Part shown: piece after piece, positions 12,564 to 24,900 of the stretch
How positions within the stretch are numbered: position 1 is the first letter of the stretch
Layout of the letters: each line of letters begins with the position of its first letter
Assembly (NCBI GenBank): GCA_030704615.1
Contig: CM060732.1
Span: forward strand, 45,508,001 to 45,572,000
DNA: 64,000 nucleotides
From: Takakia lepidozioides
Lineage: Eukaryota > Plantae > Bryophyta
Reading direction: 5' to 3'
Program-made: the position numbers and the translations under genes
The notes under the pieces: model-generated
Database searches by the model: none
Seen by the model: only the letters and a program-made list of their open reading frames with translations
Told to the model about the DNA's origin: nothing

Positions 12564-12841
12564 ACACAAACTGAAGCTCTTGCAACCCTTGCAGCCCTGG
12601 CTGCACGTCTCCCTTGGCGCCATGTGCCCCACCCGGGACTATGGTAAATCCATGCCCCCCTGCTATCCCTTGTGACCTATAATGGACGAGGTTGACTGAT
12701 GGACGGAAGTACGTTTTCATCATCTAGCAGTGTGTAATGAGTTTGAAAACTATATATAAGAAATTAAAGATCCTTCGGTTTTTTTTGTTTTTCTATGGAA
12801 AGGGATATTTTTTTCCTTTGTTAAATTCTGGAAAAAGGTTT

Positions 12842-14725
12842 GTAACCCTTACCTAAATGCCAGGCCCTTTTTCGCAAAAATGCGAAAAATGCAAAAAAAA
12901 AACTGAACCTGCAGCACAGGCCTGAAAGGGCCATATGTGGTCAAAGACCTACCATCCGTGGAAACTGACCACATAGAAAGTTAGGGAAAAGAAAGAAAAA
13001 AAGAAAGTTAGCTAACTTGGCTCCTACCACATTCCTCTGGAGAAATTGGGAGACTAGAATGATTCAGTGGAGGACAAAAGAAAACCCCAACAGTTTTTCC
13101 AGTGGAAACAATTCTGGTTTTCTTAAGGTTTTTTCATATATTTTCTTGGGAGCACATTCTTCACCAGATAGCCCACCTCCCACAAAGTTTTAGAGTTTCT
13201 TGCTACACGCTAAGTCCATGGAATTCGACCGGTGAGTAGGTGGGGTATGATCTGAGGAAATTTCAGGATTTTTAGCTGCAATCCAATGGCTTTGGAGTGG
13301 TCAAATTTCCTCTACCCCCAATTCCCCTCTAAACCACAAGCATCCTCCTCTCCAACATAGGGTGGTTAGAGACTGACATGGACCCCAGTAAATGACTCGG
13401 CTGCCCTGTCGGAAACATTGGCTGTTAGCCTGAAAATGAGTGGCCAGATTTTCTACAAATAGAAATCCAAATTTTATATTAACTTAAGGAGGGACCGCGG
13501 AGGTTATTTTTTCCTCCTGTACTCTTCATCCGACTTAATAAATTTTGGGCTGGTCCCTTTTTTTATTAAAAAAAAGCAAAAAAAGCAGGGGCCATAACTG
13601 GTCATAGTAACCTTGAGGGGCGTAAGGCAACTTTTTCACCTAAAAAGGGGAGGGGGTCATAGTGGAAACTTTTATGAATGATTTGAAAAGATGGGTTACT
13701 AAGCAGTGTCAGCCTCCATGGCACCAACCAGAGGTTACTTTTTCCTCTTTGTTATGCCTGGACGTTTTTGTCCCCATTTATATAAAGTTTAAGGGTGTCC
13801 ATTCCCTTTTTTTTTTTTTAAAGAAGAAAAAAGATAGAATACACATCTGAAATAAATTGGACGTAGGGCCTATTCACATATGCAAGTAGGCTAGGTTAAC
13901 CCCTTATTTACAAAGTTAGTTTTTGCAAAATGAGAAAAAAAAATGAAACCGCCACCTAGGTAAAATGCCATATTTACTAACTAACATCCATGAAAATCGA
14001 CTGTGTGAGATGTAGCCCACCGCCTCAAAATCTTTCAATGAAATCCACCATAGAAATTGAGATACTAAAACGATTTAACCAGCAGTTATAAGTTTCTGTA
14101 GAAAACATTCCACTTTTCTTATTGAGCTTTTTCTTAAAAAAATTGAACTTCCTAAAATATAAGGCCAATTGTTTGGGAACCCATCTTTCCACAGAGTTTT
14201 CCACTTGTACCTCCATGTTGGATCTAGGTGCCAGAGTCAAGGTCGGGCAGCCCAAGAAACTACTTACATAGTTGCTACAGGCTATATCTACTCAAGAAAT
14301 CTACAAATTTCCAAGGGTGAGTATGTGGGTATGAAGGAACTTCTGACGGAATCGGATGAGGTCTGCTTTCGCCGGAAGTCTCCTCTAAACTCTAAACCAC
14401 ATACATTCCATCTTGAAGATAGGGTGGTTAGAGAGGGATACCCCAGAAAATGTCGACCTACCCTGTGGAAAACCCTGGGATCTGCCATCCCTACCCCATC
14501 TCCGCTGCATCTGGGTGTGACCCGGCTGATTCGCCAGGTGACTGCAAAGGCGGCATGAATTAAATTTGCCAGAACATTCAAATGCTAATTGTGTCTAACT
14601 TAGGCTTCCCGTCCAAAATTCCCGGCCCTTTTGTTTGTTTGTTTTACGGAAAATGGGCATGGATCCGGTACTACACACAGCGGTTTCCCATAGTAGGTAC
14701 TATTCGACCCCTAGTGGCAGGGTTA
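12842..14725. repeat. Two diverged adjacent copies of a non-coding repeat (~12842-13700 and ~13896-14725), probably a non-autonomous transposon family
   Basis: Collinear shared motifs: both start with TAACCC, and both contain CTCTAAACCACA and ATAGGGTGGTTAGAGA...CCCCAG.AAATG (~13357 and ~14419). Confidence 0.45.
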
Positions 14726-15498
14726 GGTGGTCTACTCATGATTTTGCTTCAAAATGAGTTAGTTAACCACGACTATGTTGACTTAGGCTTGTTTTTGTCC
14801 AAGGATTCACACTTTATGTCCGTATATGTTAAAATTGTCCAAGATAAATCAACTAATTGTAAGGTCGTGCTCACACATCAACATTAAGAAGTTATTATTT
14901 CTTATTTCTTATTTAACCCTAGCTATCTCACTCATCTCTATCGCATGACCCCTTGATGCTCCCATCGTCCCATCCCTCTTACTTCGTTGTCCCATCTTTC
15001 AATCACTCTTTAGTGAGTTTTTTTCTTTTTTTTCCCTGTGTCACTCCCCTTCTCTATCTTCAATGATTAATATCCCTCTTTTTTTCCTTACAATCTATTG
15101 TTAGAGCTTTGCAAACTACGTCATGGCCTAGCATTGAAATAAAGAAAGCTCATAGAGATAATCGAGAGGCATACCAAGGCGAGTAGATTAGAACGGAGAG
15201 TAGAATCAGCAATGATGACTAGATAAATAGTAAAACATAAAAATTATTACATATAGATACAATAAATTAATATAAATGATAGCTTAACATGAGCTTTTCG
15301 CTTAGCAATGAGAAATACAAATAATACTATATTATATCAAATTGTTTATCATACTACATTTCAAAAACTCCAATTTATTTAACCTTTATGGTTAATTTTA
15401 AAGGCCTTTCGGCCATAATTTTGTATGCTATAATGGATCCCTGTACAAAAATAAAGTTATTGTGAATGCTGCGACAAGGAAGATCGCAAAGATGTCTT

Positions 15499-15552
15499 GG
15501 CACGGGGTCAATGACCACAAGGCTACGGCAAACCACATCTTATGAGTACATT
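15499..15552 (+). mobile_element. 3' tip of LINE family A (end ...CTTATGAGTACA)
   Basis: ggcacggggtcaatgaccacaaggctacggcaaaccacatcttatgagtaca matches the ends of the copies at 24.4-24.7 kb, 25.2 kb and 49.2 kb. Confidence 0.8.
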
Positions 15553-15894
15553 TGTAAGTTCATGGCCTCCCTTCACCAAGGACATAGATGGAAATGCAAA
15601 TACATACAGAAGACTAAGGGTGGCAATCTGAACACATCTTCCAAGGTGTGCCGGTGGCCCTTCCACTGTTAGTTCCTGGTTCATATGTTTTCCCAAAGTA
15701 AATGGCACTTAACACTCTTAAGACTCTTGCCAACTCAAGTTTCTGGAAGAAAAGAAACTTTGAACCCTCTCCATTACCCTACTTCACAAGCAGATTGAAC
15801 AACAAGTTGGGTAAGGGTGATACAGGTGCGGGAAGGCTGATAGTTGGTAGCCAATGTGTTTTACAATGACAACGGTACAAAAATACAAGCAAGA

Positions 15895-16187
15895 AATGAA
15901 CCAGCATTTGAACTTGATACTTCCGAGCCAACGCGATGACCTCACCTGCTGTGGCAACACCCTCCACTACTTAACTCATGGAGGACAAAATGTCTTCAAG
16001 TTTTTTACTTGACCCCAGTCTGACTCCCCACAGATCTATTCCTTGACGGTGTCACAAAATAACTAAGCATAATGTCCCCAATCAAGAAAGGCTTGCCAGA
16101 TTTTGCACCCATCTTTTCTGCCAGCCATATGATATCTGAGTAGCCCTGAGCAACAAAAGCTGCCATGCAATTGTTCCCAAGCTTCAT
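15895..16187 (-). pseudogene. Fragment of plastid-type glycerol-3-phosphate dehydrogenase [NAD(P)+] (GLY1/SFD1-like), C-terminal domain
   Basis: LGNNCMAAFVAQGYSDIIWLAEKMGAK...GDIMLSYFVTPSRNRSVG/VRLGSSKKLEDILSSMS*VVEGVATAGEVIALARKYQVQM. It contains a frameshift, an in-frame stop and an internal deletion. Confidence 0.85.
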
Positions 16188-16230
16188 TTTTCATCTTGGT
16201 CATGGTTGACGGCTGAGGCATATGGCACCA

Positions 16231-16655
16231 TTTCAGATTTAACTCTTTTTTTCCCCTTCAATAATTCAACTATTAACAATATGGTTATTGACTAAAAATA
16301 TGACCTTTTGGCTAAAATACATTAGGGTTTAGCCAGACCTTGTCGACAATACCCTTTCAGATTTAACTTTTTTTTTTCCCTTCAATAATTCAACTATTAA
16401 CAATATGGTTATTGGCTAAAAATATGACATTTTGGCTAGAATACATTAGGGTTTAGCCAGACCTTGTCAACGTGGCCTTCTGTCTTGCCGAGAAACAAAA
16501 ACTTGGCTCTAGCTGGCATCCTAAAATTCAACTATTAACAATATGGTTATTGGCTAAAAATATGACATTTTGGCTAAAATACATTAGGGTTTAGCGAGAC
16601 CTTGTCGACGTGGCCTTCTGTCAACAAAAACTTGGCACTAGCTAGCATCCTAAAG
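16231..16655. repeat. Imperfect tandem triplication with ~120-170 bp units
   Basis: Three copies of aattcaactattaacaatatggttattg.ctaaaaatatgac.ttttggcta.aatacattagggtttagc.agaccttgtc. Confidence 0.9.
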
Positions 16656-18928
16656 AAAATACTGACATCCTTTAGCATCTAAAGCTTCATTCACAGCTCC
16701 ATTCACCCTTGCAACTATCTTAAAGATAGTTGAACCTTTGCTACCATAATTCCAATGATGACCATAGGATCCATTAGTCGTCATACTTTCTTTCCACAAC
16801 CCATACATTGACAATTCCAAAAAGAATCACAACAATTTTAGAGGACCGACAAGTTGACATCATATCCACAAGTTGGCGCCATCATTTATCTCTTACATTT
16901 TTCGTCTCTTTCCTTTTATTTTTGTAGCATGTCTCGCATCTGTTCTTACATCACTTGTCATTCCATGTGTTCTTCGATGGTTTCCTTATACTAGTCTTTG
17001 CATCGTTGTGCTTTTTTTCACATTAACTATACATTCCGTATGTTTTACATCTATCTAGATTGGTGTATGATTGAACTTCAAAATTTGCTCTTGTACAAGA
17101 TAATTAAATCAAGTTGTAGATCTTGGCCGCTTGACCTCAACCCAATTATTCTGAAATATGCATGTTGTGCAAGTTTTTTCTATTTATCATCAGCAGATTC
17201 CATTTTCTCAAGGACTGCGTATGATACCAAGGAGTGCAACAGGAAAGGGAGGGACGATTAGTTGGCGGCAAGGTGGACAGGGCCCGTACACTCATAAGGG
17301 TTAAGATAAATAACTTGTAAGGGTAAATGATTTTTCTCTTCTCACAGTAATTTAGTAAGAAGTCTCCATCCTTTTTCAAACAAACAAATAAATTGATTTA
17401 TCCTTTATATACCCAAAGGATAAATCAAAGATATATTGAAGTGGGTATATATGTATATATTTTTTTCTATAATTTGTTTCTGTTTTCTATACTAACTTTA
17501 TTTCCTTTTTTTAAGGTGGTGATTCCACTTTTATCCTTTTCTATTTATTCTCGATTAATATATATTTACGGATGATAATAGTCGACATCCATAAATTATG
17601 CGAATGATAGATGAAAAGAGCTTCTTGAGGATGCGAAATCATACCATGAACCAGTCGACAAACTTGTCTGAGAGAAAGCCGGTCTCTCCCTCCCTGTTCC
17701 GGAAACTGATGGAGGAGAAGGATGTGATTGCTAGGCTACCTCCAGGTATTTACCCTGAAGATATTTTCATGATAGATGCTCTGTCTCTCGTTCACACTGG
17801 ATGTAATTTTTCTATTTAGAGACAAAGGAGAAGAAAGATTATTACATGATGGCTGGGAATGGATCGGTTGGAAGAATCACTGCAGAATGTGCATGAACTT
17901 CATGGATCTAACAAGGTGTTCTTATTTCTAAGCATCAATTTATATGGGATTGAAAGAGAGTGGTGTTTTTTGGGTTGAAAACATCAGAGGCTTGATTTGA
18001 AGCTCTCCAAAGTAGCTAGGGTTTTCGATCATTTTCTGTGGTGTGTAGAGTCTGTAGCATTAATGTGAATATAGGATCAGGCATGAATGGAGGTGGCAAG
18101 TTTTTTGACAGCAAACAGTTCTAGAAATTTCTATTTCCTCTTAATTCTATCTTATTTCGAGCTTTTCATGAGAGATATGCTTCACATCGGCAGATAATAT
18201 CGCTAGCCTTGAATGATAAAATCTACTCAAATTTTGCACTACTCAATTTTCTCCAGCGAGGATGGGAGGAAGTCATCGCAATAGATCCATGAAGGAGACC
18301 TGGATTTGGTGGGCTAGAATGGTGATGGACCGATTTCCTACAAGTCTCTGGAAAAATTGCTATGACCTAGTGAAAGGATATGGTGAAGTGAGCTTAATTG
18401 TGACAGTGACTTGGCAACACTCATTTTTTACTTCACATGACCTTTGCATAAAGGTCCAGAGAAGAGGCAGTAAGTAGCGAGAACCACTTTTGCTGATTGG
18501 GAGTGCATGACTTCCCTTTACTGTATGCAGATGGAAATTCTGCAGCAATGTTGGGGATTTTGGCTAACTGAACCTTCTCCTGCAGGTTCTTTCCCTCATT
18601 TTCTGAGACACACTCAATGGGTTATGTATCAAGAAAGTTGGCTATTGCTCCGATGTGATTGGTAACAGTATGGTAAGGTCTTTATCTCAGTATTTGTGCA
18701 TCTCTGGTAGGCTATGCAGACTATAAGCCTTTCATATGTATGATTTCTGGCCAGACCGCAAAACTTCAAGAATCATAAGGGCAGCACTGAGGAGAAGATC
18801 GAGGGTATGGTTTCTTCAATTTTTGGCACTTGGAAAATTAACTCAAGGACAGTTGTGTGCATCTTGTCACTCAGGAATAAGGAGAGCTTGCCACGACTAA
18901 CTGTTCATTGCTGGATTTCTTGTGCAAG

Positions 18929-21900
18929 ATGGTAAGTTAAATTGCAACAGGGTGCATGATACTTTTGTATCATGTGACTACTTGTAACACTTCAACCTTT
19001 TTTCAATTTACCAGCTGTTGTGTATTTCTTGTCATTCTGTTGCTTGAAGACTTGGTTGGGGTGGGTAATGCAGTTCTCCTTTGCAGCCATCAACGATGTG
19101 GACAAGTCGCATAGTCAGCGGAAGCACCTCACTCCAACAAAGGAAGCTCAAGTATGTACCTCTACATGCACATAGAGTTGATTCTACCCTGTAATATGCG
19201 TATTGAGCTTTCGTAATGTGTACCAGCTGCACTATTTGACTGAGGAGAGTGCCACAGAGACTCTTTTTTTTCAACATGCATTTTCTGTTCATACAGGAGT
19301 CTCGGCTCACACACATGTATGGTGAAGCACTTTCGAAACTGCAAGTGGGGCAGTTAGTTGAAGCACAAAGTCTCTTTCAGGCCATTCTACAAGACCCGTA
19401 TTCGATTAGGGGACAGGTAACAATGGTGGTGAGTTAGATCTCATATATGTGACCAAGGCTACCTGTGCCAAATTATTATAGGCTCCTGATGTATGTACAA
19501 CGTGATTGCTGCCAACTGCATTCCCCTCTGCTTAGTGCTTGGGAGACTTCTTGGGAATCTTCTTGCATTTGATATGTCCCTAAGTTTGGCATGTTTGTAT
19601 GTGATTTTGCAGGTTGAGAATGTGACTGGTTCTGGGCCCATGCTGCAGTTGAGGTTGAATTTGTTTCCAGTAATCCTTATACATTGCACATTGCGCAAAT
19701 TCTCGCTTCACTTTTGTAGATCAAATTTGAACTTATAATCTCGGACTGGAAATAGCAGCCGCAACCAGGACCATACTAATGTGGAGCAACAGTTTCAGTG
19801 AGTTTTGTACTGAATGGGTTGATAGTGAATGCCTTGGATCTTCAGGTTCTCGACCCTCAAAAATTTAGCCGAAACATTGTCCAAGCAGGGTTCCGAGCAC
19901 TACAGCGATGCTTTGGACTGCTATTTACAAGCAGCAGCCATTGATGGGAAGGATGTGGTCTTGTGGAACCGGGTAGGGACACTTGCTTGCTCTCTTGGAT
20001 TTCTCAATACTGCACGCCGGGCATTTGAGCAGGGCCTACATTGCAGCCCCCGCCATTGTGAGAGTCCTTCCTTTGATCATTTTACTTGTTCTACGTCACC
20101 TCTATATGATCTTGCTTCTGGCGAATGCTTCCCTTTCTCTCGGACGTTATAAAGCACCATTTCATTTCATTTCATTTCTCTTTTGGCATTAGGGTAGATG
20201 TTGTACATGGAGGGTCAAGGGAAAATGAGGAAAAGTGGAGGGAGGAGGACACAGACGCTCCGGGCAGGGCAGTACTTGAAGAGACATTAACAAGTAGACT
20301 GAATTGGGACAAGTAGAGAATACATAACATTTTTCATATGAATAAATCAGGGAGCTGTATGGAGAAGCTGGCAGAAGTTTTGATTGCTGTTGGAGATGAA
20401 GCAGCCTGCCTTGTTGTTGTCAAGCAAATGCTTCGGCTGTCACCATCCCACCCTCGGGCCTTGCACATCAAGCATGTCATTGAAGGTGTTGCAAATCCAC
20501 ATGGATCTAAGAGGGCAACAGAGAACCAGAAGTCTCCAGTTTCACAAGTGGGTCCTCGTGGAATTGACTTGTTGGAGCCTGAATATTTTACCCTCTCTTT
20601 TCCAAGTAAACGGAAGTTGGATATTGCACATGAAAGTGACCACTGTCACAAGAAGAGCAAGCTCTATGTAATCGATGTCAGTCTACCTGAGGCTACCTGG
20701 TTTGCTCTTGTGAATGCTGTCACAGATGCTCTCAAACAAGGCACATTTGGGAAGGAAAGTAGGACCTTACGAAGCTCCCAAGTTGTAGTCTCAACTTGTG
20801 GAAATGAAATGGACAAGCAGAGGGACCCTGTGCATTCAGAACTTGTCAATGCTGCTGTAACCTTTTCAGTACATCAATTGAGGCCGATTGCTGTTGATCT
20901 TAGTGGTGAGGGGAAGAATAAAGCAGAAATGGATGAAAAAGATTTGCAATTGGAAGAAAATGAGAAAAACCACTTCCATTGCAAGACCACTGAATCACAG
21001 AGTACAGATGTGTCCCGGCTGACACCTATTGCATGTGCACCAATGGTTTGTGGTGGTCAAGGATCAGACACTCACAAGGAAGGACAGGGAGACACGAAGT
21101 CAAATGATTTTGGACAGGGGGGAAATTTGGAGGGGTTGAATGTACTGGATGTGTCGTGCCACTCGGAGCCACCCTCACAAGAACGGCGTAGCACGCGCTT
21201 GGAGAGGCTACGCAGTTCTCGCAGGCTCGACAGGGAGGAGGACGGGTTTGGTCACAAAAGTAAGGACCCAGCTACAGCTTTAAGGAAATTGCTGGAACCC
21301 TTTGCCATCTGTGAACTTTCCTCTGGGGCAAGCAGTATTTTTGGATCTGTGCCAGAAAGCATCACCAGAGATGACTCTCAGTCAACAGGAACCCCCAGGT
21401 CCATGGATGCATGCTGCAACAGCATCCATGCTGGGCCTAGCATTTGTTTGCTGGGGGGGTGCAACCGCCTGAATGTAGCCAATGAAGAGGAGAAGGAAGT
21501 GCTCCAGTTCCTAAAGGAGAATGCAATCAACAGTGGGATATATCACATAGGGCAGCGGTTGTTAGGGCAGATAGTGGCAAGTAGACCAAGGCAGCAAAAG
21601 TCGCTCTCCTGTTTATTGGTTCTGGAGAAGTTTACGCGGATGTGGGCAGACAACCGAAGTCCTGGCTGTAGCCTGTTTCTTGCAGAAGCCTATATGGACA
21701 TGGCTACATCTACAACCAATGATATCACTGCTTTGCATTATTTAGAGGATTGTAATTACAATCTGTGTCATGTTTTGGTAAGTGCCAATTTGCAGATGGC
21801 AGAAGGGATAAGGTGGGAGAAGGCCATTGATGTGGAAGAAGGCTCTAAGGGATCAAGCAATTCCAGAGTAATACGCAAAGGAGTATCTTCACAGAGTCCA

Positions 21901-24900
21901 GTGGGAGTAGCTGTACTCGAGGGGGATTCAGTTGGAATTCCAGATATGGTTGGACAAAAGGATCTATTGAACTCCTGTCTGAGACAGCAGTTCGAACACC
22001 CTGTATTGATGAGAGATGCCAACATGGATATTTTCTGCAACACGTCGAATGAGGGGTTGCAGAATAGCTGGTCTTTTTGGACACGATTTCACTGGTTGAA
22101 TGGTCGACTGTGGATGCGATCGGGCCAATGGGAGGATGCATACAGAGCGTTTGAAAGATGTCGGCTAATCCTTGAGACTAGAGAGCATGTAGGTGGCATT
22201 GATCCCTCAGCCTTGGTTCGTCTGCCACATTGTAAGTGGGACAGTGAAATTTCCTTAAAGCGGGTTCACTGCAAGCTCTATGATCTGCAACTCCAGAATT
22301 TGATAAAGCACTCAGCAGCTAAGATGCTGGAAGAAGGCCAGTATTTGGATTTAATTCAGGTGCTTACTCCAGTATTACTCTCTGGCAAAGGCAGCGTGTC
22401 GGATAGCCTTGCATGGGAAGGTGAGGAAATCAAGAGGGGAGATGCTGCAGAATTTTCTCATGAATTGACTGGGTTAGATATGCTGGTCACGGCATGCGAG
22501 AAGACAAGGCCAGCAAACCTTGTCTTGGCTTTGCAATGTCGTGGGTTGAGGCTCAACATTTTGTGTTGTGCTGCGGGACTTTCAGAGATCAAGGTTGGCG
22601 AAAGTGTAACTCCTTCACCTGGGGCCTGCCCTAAGAATACTCTGGACTCTCACTTTGATCAGGGACGACATGAATGGAGTGATAGTTGGAACAAGCAGGT
22701 CGCTAATGAAGTGAAACTCATCTCAAGATGCGCAGCTCATCTTAAGGAACAGTCGGATGAACCAGGGGGCTTGGTATGGATTGCTGGCTGTTGTGAGCTT
22801 TCCTGGCTTCCAGAAATCAGAAATAAGTTCCTTTAGCAACACTTATACCTAGCTTACCAGATTTCGACTGACTTCCATTTGCCATTAGTTTTAGTGGCAC
22901 TTTATTGCATGCTTCTCAACATCTAAGAGATTTTCTTTATTCATAGCATTTCATTTGGTTCTGATGAGCTGCCTCCAAGGATACCGCCGCAATGCTTTTC
23001 TTGTAGACATGACTCTGACAGTGGTACTGTATAGGTGAAAGACGAACTCTGTGGGGCACTTTGCATAATTGGTCATTCAGGTTGTGGTTCACTTCTAACT
23101 GCTAGTCAACTTTCATGATGGCCAGAAGGAGGCAATACAACCACTCATACTAGGGCGCATTCAGGGGGTATTGCTGACATTGATGTGTCACTTAGTGCAA
23201 GCCCTGTCAGCATATGAGGGTACTGCTGGACTCGACAAACCAAGCCACAGAGTACAATGCTATAGCAGCTGCTTTGTTGATGCTGCTGTTGCATTCTGCC
23301 GTTTGCAGCAGCTACGTCCAGCAATCTCCATGGAACAACAGGTTTGACAACACACATGTTGTACATTTGCACACCCCTCTATCACATATTGTTACTTCGC
23401 ATCGTAGTTGAGTGGTTGGGACCATTGAGGTGGACGATATCAAATTGAGGAACAAGACATCAGATGCAGTCTCCATGACTACGAGACATGTAGATCTACA
23501 GTGTGTTTGCTTTCAGCCAATACACGAGTAGGAGGAAGTCATGGGTCTCCAGATCTCACCGGGTTGCTGTAGATCTCGATATGTTCAGGAGCTTTTCCAT
23601 TCTCTGTAAAGTGGAGTTGCTTTGGCAGTGCCTTACTTTTGTTACACATGATGTGAAACTCAAGCAAAGTATTGAAGGTCTTTGGTGGTTTTACAGGTGG
23701 CACTTCTTGTGACTATGCATGATTTGCTGGCAGAGTATGGACTTTGCTGTGCAGGGAAAGAGAGTGAAGATGGGGAAGGTGCATTTCTTAAAATGGCCAT
23801 CAAGCATCTTGCAGCTCTTGAGCCTCAGTTAAAACCCTCAACCTCCCGGAAACATCAACGCAAATCACTTGATAAGGAACCAATCGTGAGTGGGATAAAA
23901 AATGATGATGGAAGCAGCCCTCCTCCACGTGTTCCCGATAATCCAGAGGTGGGAAATAAGGAAACCAATGGTGGCTATGGAGAGAGAGAGCAATCGGTTC
24001 CTCAGAGTATGGAGGAAGAAGGGGATGATGTGGATCGAAAAAGGGTTGAGCTTGGTTTAGATTATGCCCTTGATCAGAGCTTCTTCTGCCTGTATGGATT
24101 GAATCTACGGGGCGGGTTTGAGACCACCAGCCATGACGGCCTTATTGAGCACCAAAACACCAACCGGGGAGATTATAAGACAAAGGAGCAGTGTGCTGCC
24201 GTCCTGCAGTACATATTACCCTATGCAAAGGCTTGCTCGGTATTCACCCTCTGCTGCTCCCCCTTGCCTCTCTTACCCTTTTTCTATGTGAGCTATGATG
24301 ATTCAGGCTGAGTCTCAGATTCCCTGAGGCTCAGACTCTTAATACCACGGGCAAGGCTACTGTAGCCAGCATTCACAAGGGACAGTCTATGTGTGAATTT
24401 CTACTTCCGTAGTTATTTGGTTCTGTCTCTGTTCTCTGTCGCTTCTCTGTCTCGAGGCTGAGCCAATGCCCAGGCCCTTTTGGGCCCTATTTATTGGGCA
24501 AACCACACACAGCAGGTTGATGCTTGTGTAAAGGGATTTCTAGAGGATATCTGGAAAACCCGGATCAATTGTTTATTCCAAGGTAAGTCTTACTACTGGC
24601 CTCAGCCCCTGACAAAGGTAGGTTCTGTCCCTTTGTGTTCCTCACAAACTGGGCGTGGGGTCAATGGCCACAAGGCTATGGCAAACAATGTCTTATGAGT
24701 ACATTCTGTTCTCTGTTGCTTGGGCCATTTGAGCTTCATTATTCTTTCTCTCTTTACCTCTTTCAATCTTTGGACCACCATGTCATTTCATTTTAAGCAG
24801 GACCGCCTATGTCCTGCTTGCACAGGGCGCAGCCAGGAAATTGAAACTGAAGAACACTTCTTCTTCTATTGCCCCTATACTATGAGATCCGTGGGAGATT

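Noticed and set aside
11111-12675. Many overlapping ORFs in and around eIF4B
   Set aside because: They are shadow frames of a GC-rich low-complexity exon.
16231-16655. Possible CRISPR-like or telomeric array
   Set aside because: The units are long and duplicated whole, with no unique spacers. There is only one TTAGGGTTTAG motif per unit, and the context is eukaryotic.
17598-17819. 73-aa ORF upstream of CABIN1
   Set aside because: No recognisable motif or splice support; it cannot be distinguished from chance.
22955-23000. CTGATGAG as a hammerhead ribozyme core
   Set aside because: No properly placed GAAA or supporting helices.
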